This document shows positions 46,729 to 59,734 of a stretch of 64,000 nt of DNA, in pieces. Under the pieces are notes generated by a model that worked only from the letters and a program-made list of their open reading frames with translations, did no database searches and had not been told where the DNA came from. The position numbers and the translations under genes are program-made. Each line of letters starts with the position of its first letter. Within the stretch, counting starts at the first letter, position 1. The stretch comes from Chrysomallon squamiferum. Its lineage: Eukaryota > Animalia > Mollusca. Location: contig CM022672.1 in the NCBI GenBank assembly GCA_012295275.1, positions 26,226,001 to 26,290,000 on the forward strand, read 5' to 3'.

Positions 46729-47739
46729 GACTCAGTAATGATTTCCAGCTTTAGACAGCTGAAAAGAAAAAACAAGATGAAAGAACAAAATATTTAAATT
46801 TTTGTTATCAGTATTAATTTTCTTCAAAGAGTAGCTTGGAGTATTGATATAAATAGTCTCAATAGTGTGAACACTTTTGAGTTAATGTTTTATTTCTTAC
46901 TGGCGACTATTCTTTGCTTACAATAATTATAAGCAAAATATGTCAGTAAAATATAAAAGTTCATAAAGGATTCATATAGGCTAATATAAATTTTCGTTAT
47001 GTTATTTCTAACCCCAAAACATGAAATAATAATATAAATAAATACCCTTCTTCTCCAAGTATGCTTAGCATGTTTCTCTTACATGACGTAGTAAATATGA
47101 AGATGATATCATAACTGAAAGACGTCACCGCGACAACCGAAGAAGTGAAAATGTTTCATGATAAAGACTTGTCTCAGACTTGTGGTATTCCACACGATGC
47201 TAATATGTATTGTCTTATTTCAAGTAACCCCTCTCTCGGGAAACCATTATGGGCGTGTATAATTGTTTGACTGAAGTGAACTACGATTACTAACCTTAGA
47301 CATCCGGTTTTAACGAAGAATTTTTAAATAGCAGAGAGGTTAATAACTTTTTGAAGGTAAGAAATGTTTATGGGATTATACAGAATTATATAATCAGTTC
47401 CTGAAAAACAAAAACAAAAACAAAAACAAAAACAACAACAACAACAACAACAACAACAATAACAACAATACATTGGCTGTATTTTATGATTTCTATCTTT
47501 TTGTATAATTATGTATGTGTGTGTATGTATATATATATAAATATGTATCAGTTACCACAAACCTCAATAGGGTGAAAAGATTCATAATTATGGATTTCTT
47601 AAAAGCTTTTTCATTAACAAACGAACCAAAACGAAGCATTGATATATGCGGAAATAATATCCTTAAAATTACATTATTGTAACGGACAGTAATGAAATGG
47701 CTAAAACTAGCGGTTTTACAAGAACTTAAATTATGACTG

Positions 47740-47756
47740 CACACACACACACACAC

Positions 47757-47810
<54 letters not shown>

Positions 47811-47821
47811 ACACACACACA
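47740..47821. repeat. (AC)n microsatellite
   Basis: Directly visible. Confidence 0.95.
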
Positions 47822-48521
47822 TAAAGTGGAAATAAGCCTAATAAATAACATATCCAAAAGAGACAGTATACTAGAACTCATTCATTGTTATAAATGTAAT
47901 ATAAGCATTTAATAAATTGATTTTGTATTATCTTTGCCATATTCTAAATCTTACTGTACAGTTTTGGTTTCTGACGTTTGCTTATTGAATATGGCAGATA
48001 ATACAGTACTGAAAACGTCATTTTGTCAATCAGAATATGGATTCTGTAGAGAATTAATCAGTATTTATGTTCCGTAAGTAAATAAAAAAAAAAAAAAACA
48101 TCTACAAAAAATACTATAAAAAACAAACAAATAAATCCACTAGTTTCAACTAACGCAATATACGGGTCTTATGTGGATTTAAACCCCTGTCGGATTGTTC
48201 ATTTGCTATTGCTCATTCCACCTAGTGTTCCGCCGCTATGTATTGTTTTAACGGTACAGTGCCACAGAACTGTAGTTAAACTAACTTAAGTGCTTTAATA
48301 AATAACTTGTATCTCAAATGTTAACGATTGTTATAAAATGTTTATCTGTTGTTGAAAGACGTCTAGATAATAAAATTAATATTGAACATCTGATTAAATA
48401 ATCCCCAAGAAAGCCATTTACCTCTATGTTGTTAAGAATATAATGTAATAGTTTTTATTATTATTGTTATTCTTTAAAGAAAAGGGGGAAGTGAGTAAAC
48501 AATGTTATAAAAAGAGATTAT

Positions 48522-48524
<3 letters not shown>

Positions 48525-48606
<82 letters not shown>
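48525..48606. repeat. (AG)n microsatellite, about 40 units
   Basis: Directly visible perfect run. Confidence 0.95.
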
Positions 48607-48608
<2 letters not shown>

Positions 48609-49988
48609 ATAAATATTATTTTGCTCTTTAAAGAACCTAATCAGATACTAAAACAGAAATATTTAGGTACAGATATAACTTCGTCAGACGTCATTGTCCA
48701 ACGTGACGTGTTTATTTTGTTCTGTGTTGAGACTGAATGGACACTAAATTAACTTCTCCAAACATTACAACCAAGAGGTAGAAGACGGTGATATCGATCG
48801 CTTGTACATGTTCTCTGCTCGGTCTGTTTGACCCTTTATCTGGTCTAATAGTGCTGGTCTTACAAGACTCCTGTTTTATGAGCAGAGTTAATTAGACAGT
48901 TTTATTTTCGAGTCACTTTATAAATGGACACACGAGGCAGTACTATTTAGACAGTTGATGCAATTTTCTTTATTTATGTTTTAGTAGGACTACTGGAAAT
49001 GCTTTCTAATAGATTATTGGATAGTTTTACCAGTGCTGCATAATCAGCGATAATCTTCATACAAGCGTGTGTCGAACTTCAATCTGACATCTATGGATCA
49101 GAACACATTTCTCCTTGGATCAAACTCGTATATTAAGCAGAATACTAAAATATTTACACCCGGGAAATATACACACATAAATATACAAACACATATTCCC
49201 TCATTCATACACGTTTACACAATACACACATGCTTCTTAATACACAATGAACAAATGTGAATCCCCTCCGTGTTAAAACCGATGTGATGCAATTAACAAT
49301 AACAGTGTCTTAATTTTCTGTTCTAACAGAGACAGTTATAAAACATCACTCTTTATTATTTAATTGCTGACGTTTTCAAGTGTTTTCATTTTCTTTCTTA
49401 ATAGCGCATTGTTCTAAGCTAAGAAACACCGAATAAACAAATAATAAATTACAAATTTAACTGAAAACTGTTACTCTAAACTAAAAGTTTATAATAGCAC
49501 AGTAAATCGGACTTTCTATATAACGACCAAGTATACGGGCAATTTAATAAATGCATTATTAGATGTGACATTCGTTTTGTTTAACTAAAATTCTGAAAAT
49601 GTATTTTAAACCGACAGTTTAATATCTCCATATTCCGTTTGATTCTTCCTTTTTAGTGAAAATTCCCAGCATTGCTTTTTACAAATTTTTTTTTCAGTTT
49701 GTACTTCCAGCCATGACATCAAACACCGCAGCTTCAGCTAATTTAATGTAACCATAGTAACAATCACCTTTAGCAATCCATTACTTAAAAGGTGTAGGGG
49801 TTATCCATAAATAGTCATTCCTCGTGGCTACGTTGGTTATGATAACCAGTCTAACACAACACGTTTTGTGATCGCTTCGTATTTTCTTCTTGATAAAAGC
49901 TTGAAAATGAAGGTGTTTGAAGATGTCATCTTGTATGTTAATGACCAAATTAAACAATTTAAATGACCTTTGTCAAAAATCCATTATA

Positions 49989-50061
<73 letters not shown>

Positions 50062-50232
50062 AATTATTATCTAAACTATATTGTTTCTGAAAAAAAAAAA
50101 AAAAAACACTGTGTATAAATAAACTAATAGATACACTTCGCGTCTTTCTCTCTCTCTCTTTTTCTCAATAAGAACATCCTCAAATAGCAAATATTTAAAA
50201 AAAAAGAAAAAAAAGGATAAATAAATAAAAAC

Positions 50233-50268
<36 letters not shown>

Positions 50269-50378
50269 AAAACCTAAACAGCAAACACAGTTTTAAACTT
50301 AGTCAATATGAGCAATAGGAGCACTGCCACTCTCTTCAGAAAAGCTTTCCAGGAAGAAAAATCATATTATCTTCTACG

Positions 50379-50720
50379 CTATTTTCCGGTCATACTGCAG
50401 ATTCGAACAAATTCGTCTGCTAACGCGGTATATAAAATCAATTCTTTGACTGGCAATTTTACAAGGACAAATTCATAAACCCTTTGGGCAGTTTTGTTTT
50501 CCTTTTCATTGCCTTTAATTTGAATATGACGGGGAGCATCCGGATCAAAATCTTGATTTGAGTAATGAGCAAAAAGGCGCCTATCATACACGCAGTACAG
50601 TTGATTGGATACACTGTAATATTCACAAATCCCTTGAGACATGGAAGACATTTTTTTTAAGAATACTGTATTTGGATCTGGTTCGAATTTAATCCAAGCA
50701 TCAATTAAACAGTTTGACAT
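50379..50720 (-). CDS. Hypothetical intronless 113-aa ORF, no recognised family
   Basis: ATG-initiated, non-repetitive, with a balanced globular-looking composition, in a locally GC-elevated patch. I recognise no motif. Confidence 0.3.
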   Translation of the reverse strand: MSNCLIDAWIKFEPDPNTVFLKKMSSMSQGICEYYSVSNQLYCVYDRRLFAHYSNQDFDPDAPRHIQIKGNEKENKTAQRVYEFVLVKLPVKELILYTALADEFVRICSMTGK

Positions 50721-51720
50721 TGAAATTTAATGTCCAAACACGAAGTTCTATCCCAGTTTTACCAAAGCCACACGACTGACATTTCATGTGGCTGCTAATC
50801 AGTAGATGTGTTAATGAAAATAGAAAGATGTTTCCAAGGACTGCATCATCTCTGACTAAAATATAAAATTATTTTATGGAAGATTACTGTTTTAACGAAC
50901 GGTTATGAAAATTAAAAAGTTTTTCAAAACAGCTGCATTATACGAATTAAGCTATGAAGTAGGCCCCATGATGGGGTAAACGAAAAAAGAAGAAGAAAAA
51001 AAAAAAAAAAAAAAACGAGAAAGTAAAAAAGTTATTTTTATTATATTAAGCTGTAAAATTCATTTTGTATTAGAAATAACTAGATTTTTATTTTGTTTAT
51101 TTATTTTTTTAAATTCTCAAATTCAAATTACATTTTTTGTAGAATATTTAACTGCAATGGAAAAAGAAAAGCTCTAAAGATTTTTCTCCAGTATTAGTCT
51201 TGAAATAAATAATTAAACGAATAAATAAATAAAATTATTATTGTCATTACTACTACAACTACTGTTATTGCTACTACAATTATTACTATTATACTGTTGT
51301 TGTCAGCAAGTATTCATAAAAACCGTGTTTGTTTGTATATATATTATGTTAACTTACACACTGCATTAAAAAATTCCATTTTAGTGATAGATACAGTTAT
51401 TAGGTGACACAGTTGATTAACTGATTATTTAATATTTCAAGGTCGGTATCGGTTCCACAAACAGCAGGCTTGTCGGTCTTGATATTTTCGGTCACCCAGA
51501 ACACCATATGCTAAGACTGACGATTGTTTGTTTTTTATTATTTTTTTTTTTTTTTTGTGTGTGTGTGGGGGGGCACGAACAGGATATACGATGAAAGGAA
51601 ACTAAATCTGATCTAGTTATGATTTTGTAAACAAACATTCGTTTCTAATTACGTCTAGGCATGTTAGTGGATGAAAACCTATAATCCAGATGTATTAGAA
51701 TTAATAATAATAATAATCAT

Positions 51721-51765
<45 letters not shown>

Positions 51766-54700
51766 AAATAACAATTAATACAGGCTGTAAGAACTGATTT
51801 ACTTTCGAGTGAGATTTTTCCACATTTTTTTTAACAGACGGAAATAATTACTAACCAATTATTCTGAACGCCATCTTGCATAAGTAAAAAAATACAATTT
51901 CTAGAGTTTATTATAATTTCAAATAAACAAACGCAATAAAATGCACACACAACAGATTCAAACTCACAGATAAATTGACAAACAAAACCGGAAACTAGAT
52001 AGTACAGGTTCAGCAACGACAGAAATTCAACATAAACATTTTTTCGACTCCAGTATTGTAACTATGTACTTGCATTATTAACAGTAACCACTAAGTAGTT
52101 AACAATTAATTATGTTTATTTAAAATGAATAAAATAATATAATGATGCACTGTTTAGAACAAGAATAAATAGCGATAATAATGTCCGAATGTTTATTGTA
52201 TCTGAACTATTTTTTTTTTTAAACTAAAAAGTCGTTTCCTGTTTAAAGAGTACTACTAGATGGTACATTCATCATCTAACAAATTTCTAATCCACCCAGA
52301 TAAGGTTATTAATTTGCTAAGAGTATGCTGAAACAGTTGCCAGCAGTCTGTATTAAAGATATTCCAGAGTCAATCGGAGGACAGCCTGTGAAACAATCAT
52401 TTTCGCAAAGCACCAATTAACGTGAATTCGTGTGTTTCTCTGTTTTGTACATACCTTTCTTGAACTTCGCACGAGTCCAGCAAGTCAGTAAATGATCCCT
52501 GACGTGTCTTCAAGGCATACGTGGCTTTTAATTGCTTTTGCTGTCCGTCACGTGAAGCCGTTCAAGTTTTATAAGAAATATATCAACAGTTTCAATCAGA
52601 TCGGTCAGAAATGTTTACAGAAACGCTGAAGTTTACCTATCTTATTGCTCTGTAAGATTTTGTTCCCTCTCTCTCAAGGTTGACACGAAACTGCCCAGGG
52701 GTTCTTGTTTTCGAGTTGACCTCTGAGTGTGTTTAACACTGGAAACACACTCGGATCGTACTTTAATTAATTACACCACTAGTCCGTTCTGTAATCAGAG
52801 CGTGACGTCGCTTTCTTTATTCAGGGTATTTACATATCAATTGTTTGTTTTTGCCAATCATGCACTTGTTCTGTAAACCGTCAGTGTCAGAGAGGTCTAT
52901 TAACTGATTATTAATTTTTTTTTTTTTTTTTTTTTATATATGTATGTATGTTTGTCTTTATGTGTATTTGTATGTATATATGTATGTTTGTCTTTATGTG
53001 TATTTGTATGTATATATGTATGTTTTTCTCTAGAAAAGGGGGTATTTTTGTATATGTCTGTATTTATGTGTGTTGTGTGTTGTATTTGTATGTATGTACG
53101 CACGTAGTTGTGTATAAATGTGAATTATGACTTGCATACAGGTACACTGGTGTGTTTGTAAATAAGCTTACTGGTAGTTTAGGGTCATCCATGACACGCT
53201 AAGCTGACACTAAATAATTCTAGTCACACAGTAAACAATGTGTGGGAACACAAGTCGGGCGTGTGGATTTTGTGCTCATAACTGATGTGTGTTCACAACA
53301 GCTTGCTCTGAGCAACATGTTCATTTTTACATCCCTTTTCTCTGACGAAGAATAAAAAAAGCGACCTAGTCACTCACTACCCCAAAACAACAACAATAAC
53401 AAGAACAACAAGAACAACAAAACCGAACGGTTTATTTTTATTTTTATTTTTTTTTTGATGCATTTTTTAAACTTGATTGTCAAGAATCGACCTGTTTTGC
53501 ACAACACACTAATTAAATAGCATTCAGTTTTCTATCCAATTCCACAATTTTTGGCTCACTGAAGGTCCTTTAAAAAAAAAAAAAAAAAAAAAATCTCTTC
53601 AGCCTTTCCTTCTAATGAAAAATAAATCATCGTTGTATTGATGTGAACTTATTTCATTTTCTCTGGGAAGAGAACAACAACAAAAAATAAAAGAAAAGAA
53701 AATAAAAGAAAAAAGAAGAAAATAAAAGAAAATAAATAGAAAAAAAAAAAGATTGCTCTTGTTCTTGAACAGACAAAGATAACTGAGATATTGAAAGATT
53801 GTTGGAGAGATTTATATAAAGCGTAGATTTATTACATAGTATTAATAAACAAACTGGAAAATCTCCTTAAAATCTCTTAAAACACACACGTTATTAAAAC
53901 CTGGAACAAAAAAACAAAACCATAGATAATAAATAAATAAATAAATAAATAAATAATCGTTCCATTTTGTATTTGTAAATTATTAGAAAAGATGACGGGC
54001 TCATTTCATTTTATCTCAGTCTCTGAACATTAAACCAAGTCAAAATCTTTGTAATCCGAGTAGAATGTGATAACAATCAAACACTGAGACTTGAAAACAA
54101 GCGCAGACAAAAACAAGGCAACACATGCGTAAACATTACCCAGTTAGTACCTATAGAGTTTTTTTGTGTGTTGGTTTTTGTTGTCTTTTGTTAACATTGT
54201 TGACAGTGACAATGGCAATTGATTTTTCTCATAAACTGTAGGATTACTTGAAGAGAAGGATGTAATACATATATGTAATAACAAAATTGTTATATGAAAA
54301 TTTAAGAATTTTTTTTTACCATTTAGCACTGTAAAGTCATTTACCTTCTCGTTTGTTTATTTAGTTTTAAATGACAGACCTGTTATGTATAATATCTTTG
54401 TTTATTAGAATATTAATAAAATGTTTCAAATTATAAACATGTTTTGGACGGGTTTTTTTTAAAGGGTGGAAATCACTAAACTTCCTATTTATACAACAAT
54501 TTTTATTCTGTAAATGAAATACACTATTATGGTATATTTTTAAAAATTCTCCGATGTACTGATCAGTTAATATGAAATACAGCAAACTACACTGTCAGAC
54601 AGTTTATTTGCAGAATGTTTTAATCAATGTGACAATGTTCTTCACGTAGTCATTAACAGAAAGCTCAGATTAGGCCGATTGCTTATTTCTATGGCTTTGT

Positions 54701-55099
54701 ATTTACTGAAATTCCAATAACGAAGGTACGTATTTTGAAATAGTAATAATGAAGATAAGGAGATTTTGTGGTTTCTTTATTTGTCATCATTATAATTCTC
54801 TATCGATATCAACAAGTCAGTGTCATTACTACTGGTGGCAAATATTCTCAAGCATCATCATTCCAGATCATCTCAGCCATCATCATTCTCGCTGAATTAA
54901 CTGAAATCATTCCGTTCGTTTCAGAACCTTACAGCTAAAAATGTACTGACTATAAAATATTAAACCGATTAAAATAAATCCAGAATATAACAAAATAACG
55001 AATTTCGGCGCCTTTTGTAAAAACACTGGCTTTGTGGGTAAAGAGTGAATTTAAATCAGAATTTTGCAAGTTAATTGATAATATTTATTATTCTATGAT

Positions 55100-55313
55100 C
55101 AAGGGCGGATCTGTTATGAAACTTAAGCTTCAGGGCCCTTAATCCGGGAGGGGCCACAAAAGCGACGTTAAAATTTTAATCCATATCTGAGATGTGGTTT
55201 AATTTTTGGAAGACGCCCACTGAAGAAGAGAACAGTGGTTGTCCAAATGTTGTTGTTGCTTGCAAAGGGCCCCAGTAACATTTTAAGATCCATGGCCCCC
55301 AAAAATGTAACTG
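55100..55313. mobile_element. Degenerate hAT-like MITE
   Basis: GC-rich island starting CAAGGGCGGATC...AAGCTTCAGGGCCC with repeated GGCCC motifs and ending ...CTG. Flanks TCTATGAT / CCTATAAC match only 5/8. Confidence 0.45.
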
Positions 55314-58300
55314 CCTATAACCATAATGAAAAAGAAGAAAGATTTTATTTTTCATTCTAACAAAAAATGCACTAGCATTGCAGAATTTTTATTTTTTTTT
55401 TTTTTTAAGAATTCGACACAGATGGTTTCCTTATGTGTTAAAGGGTTAATATAATCACGATGGAAGTTAATACTGGATAAATACATCTTACGACAAGTTA
55501 ACACGAAATAGGCCCTTCTCTCGAGATTGTAAAATAAATGTATATTGATCGACTTCAGTCTGGGGCGACAGTCTTGTAGGAAAGCACATGTCTGTGAGAC
55601 ACATTCATTATCAATGTACATCTGACAGCAATTAAATTAGGAAATAAAACTATTAGTATACTGTCGTTATTCAGACAGAATTGTATTCACCTTGCTGTTA
55701 CATCAGCATTGATTCTGAACTGCAAGAGTGGCGTTTTCTAGATGTTCATTAGTATATGAGTTATACAATAGTGCTGAAAGGAATCTAGAGTTCTCTAGAT
55801 GGAGTCAAGACATTGTTAGTGCGATTTTTATCTGTCAGTCTATGTTTATTCTGTAAGGCAAGAAAGAAAATCTGATATAAACGTAAACTAAGTTTCTATA
55901 GTAAACTTGTTATATCTGTGATGCAAATGTTACCTTTAATGTGTACTTTCTTTACCAAAGTTGAGTTTTCTGTCATATTACACTCATTTCACTCCAGCCC
56001 ATCCCAAACCCAGTTTTATGTCATTTAAAAAAGTCATTTTTACTTTAGGTTTAATATGCAAACACTGTATGAATGATATCTTCTTCAATTAGGTGCAAGT
56101 TTTTTTATGACAACACCTGCAGGCTATTCTACGGTATTCAGTTTTCAAACAGAAGACAGAAGCATTAGAACCTGCAGGCAATCCATTGATTCCACATAAA
56201 TGGGCGATAGCAAGAGGGTAATATCTTGTGAAGAAATATCTTTAGAAATTAAACTGTTATAATTCCATCTTGTCTGTCTGTATGAGTTGCTACAGAACTC
56301 GATTATTCTGATCAAAGTGCTATGTAGGAAAGAAGATACTGTATAAAAAATGGACTGTGTCAGGAAAGGACTAATACCGTTATCAGTAATATTACTGATA
56401 GTGGAGTTTAGAAGCTGACCTGATTTTGACCGCATTGTTTCAGTTTAGTTTTTTTTTTTCATTATTTGTATATAAATTAACAGTAGATAAATCAAAATCT
56501 GGTATCTGGTGTGTTCAGGTGTAACACAGTGCAGTGATACGTCTGCCTAAACCTATTAGGAATAAGCTTAATTTATTGTTTTAGTCTAAGAAAGAAAAAT
56601 GTTTTTGAAACACCGTGTTTTGAATAGCATGCTAAACTTGCTGCCTTTATAATCGTGTCAATAACCAGAATGAATCACTGAAATTCATTTACTGTCTGAT
56701 CTCTATATATTTTGACAAAAGTTTTCATAACATAATATTTTTATTACTGACCACTATCTAGACAAACAAAATAATAAATAAATTCATTATTCGTCTATAA
56801 TATAGCGTGTGGCTTTTGACATGATCAATATAAATGAGATATACGCTTCTCATGGATATCGAAAGGGACGTTAGATGTGATTGTAACCGATATGAAAGGT
56901 CATAAACTCAAACTGAACTCATAGACATTTTTCTTCGTTGTCTAAACTTTGTGGTATTTATGATAATCAGATAAACGCACCTAGACACAAACACCTGCAC
57001 GCCTATCTACCTAACTACAAACAAACACAATCACAAACACATAAATATATACCCATAAACTCACACTGTAGGCACACCCTCACACACATATATATGTACA
57101 CACACACATTTACACATAGACACTACATTCAAAGACTATTATACAAATAAAATAATTTATTACATATAAATGTTTTGTTTCTGACAATGCACATGTTTAT
57201 TTTGTTAATAATAAATGTATTCTTCAATATGCAAATTAATAATTCACAAGATCTGAATCAAATTTTTATTTTTTTTTTCAAACAATATCATAATATTTGT
57301 ACAATGTATTTCTGAATTATATTGATTCTGAACAAGTAAACAGCTAAATTCTGTTAGAAGAAATGTAAACAATATAGTTTTACATTCACCTGGAATATAA
57401 ACAGTTTTATATTACAATTAATTACGATCTAAGGTAAATCACAATAACTAAACAAGTTAATCTGTAAACAAAACATTTTTTGCTGCATCTAATTCTGAAT
57501 AATTTTATTGTCTTTTTTTGTCCTACTCAGTCAGCACTTAAACAACCACAACAGCAAACAAATTGTTTTCGAAAATAAGCATTCGTCCGGTTGCCTGGAG
57601 CACGTAAAATTTTAATCGAGTCGGTCACTGTAACATGAAGATAGATACATTATGCGGTATAAATCTTTTGAATTATCTTTATCTTGAGCACATAATAAAA
57701 CATTTCCTATATACGTCTATCTTAGCATGCAACGATGTCGTGCAAAACTTGTCAAAACAGGAAAGACTAATGAAAAGCCAGTACTCTAATAATTTAGCAG
57801 TGTTCCTGTTGTGATGTAATTACAGCAGACGTGTGCTGGCTGTAGTCGATCAAAATATACAACATGTCTCTACGAAAGAAACTTATTGTGGTTTTATAAT
57901 AATTAATTCTAATATTATGTAGGTGTTTTTTTTTTTTTTAATTTAATTTTTTTTTATTTGGTAAGTAATTGGTACGTTTTCATGCATCAGTTATTCATAT
58001 TTATAATAGTCAACTATGATAATATGCCGCTAAGCATTTCTTTACATAAATACGAATAAGGCAACTAGTGTGGCTAGGAACTGTAGACTGGTTTATATTA
58101 TAGCGTCGACACATTAGTGTTCGAAAGTCATTGATTGTCTACGTAATTATTTGATATTGATTATCGACACGTTTTTCAAAAGCACGTAAAGGTATTTGAT
58201 TACAACAATAATATCATCAGCAACAGGCTAATAGTGTGAAACTAATAAGACTGTTCAAAAAATGCTATTAAAAGAAAATTTTAAAAGAAATTGAAAATCA

Positions 58301-59734
58301 CATGTAACATATATATATTTCTAAAATACACAGGCAGGATATAACTGAACAAGGTATGTGACAAGTCCATATATTTTTAATATTGCTAGATTGGCGAAAT
58401 TTTCTAATATCTAAAGATGGAATTTGTTTCTTGATTCTCAACACATTTTATTTATTTATTTATTTATTTACTGAATAACTGACACGACAATTCTCAAAAG
58501 TGTAAGTAAATAACCATTACAGACAACAGACAGGTCGTTTATAAAGTTTTGATATGTAAATAAATAAAGACAATAAAAAAAATTGAATATCAACCTTAAT
58601 GAAGTATTAGTTACAATACCCTGTATAGTTCAGTAAGAGTTTGAGGTGTAAAAAAATTTTTTTTTCGGAATCCAAGACTGCCATGTTCAGGTGTAGTTAT
58701 CTTCATTAGCAAAGTCTATTCTTAGTGTATTATTGACAGCTCTACACGAACTGCTACTTAGAGCAGAAACTCGGCGTGTTCGTTTCTTGCACATCGATAA
58801 CTAATTAATGTCAATGAAAAAAGCGAATTGCAAATACAATAGAATAGTTAGCATTAGAACAAAGATACTGAAATCGATTATATACTTCCTGAGACAAAGA
58901 GGCCGACTTGCTGAAAGTACCAGGCACGACTGATTATTGGTGGGAGGCGAGATTTTGAAAAAGTAGGTTACGAGATCAAATCAGCTACATCCCGTCCCAG
59001 CCTAGTTTATGAAAGACGGTGTCTGTTTGTCCCTGCGGTGCTGATTTTTAAACAGGCACACAGAGACAACTGCGGGTTTTCTCTTTTACATTGATAATTA
59101 TATAACTAATGACAGTTAATATAAAATTTATTTAGAAGACACACACCAAACAAAAAGTATTTAGATATATTTTACTTCTTACCTGTTTTCATTCGAATTA
59201 ATCTGCTTCTTACCTCTCTCCGTGAGAATATTAATCGCTTCTAAAGAATTCAAAAAGTGAATGCTTAACAGTTAATAATAATATAAATATACGTGAGTTC
59301 TACATATACTAAAGAAAATAGTTAACTCACATACTGAAAAATTCCAGTGAACGAAACTGAATACTTGTCTGACCGGAAGCGATTTCTCAGAATCTCAGTA
59401 CACACTCATTACACTGCCAGTTGATTTGTGCATTGTAAATAGTGGACCCCAATTACATAAAACTCTAACAATCTGGATTTTACAAAACTGTATGAGAACA
59501 GATATGAAAAACGACTACAGTTTAAAAGCAATTATCAAAAAAAAACCACAACAGCTGTCGGGTGCTTAATAAATGCATTGTCAAATATTGTAATAAAAAT
59601 TTTCCTGTAATTTTATTGTTTGTCTATATTTGTTTTCAGGTTGATGGAAGACATAATCTATTTTGTAAATAGTAAAAATGCCAGTTCATTAGTTTACAGC
59701 TATGGTGTGTATTTCATATGTTACAATACAATAA

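Noticed and set aside
56145-56435. 96-aa minus-strand ORF
   Set aside because: Ser/Ile-rich with no motif and no convincing splice or start context; probably a decayed repeat or chance.
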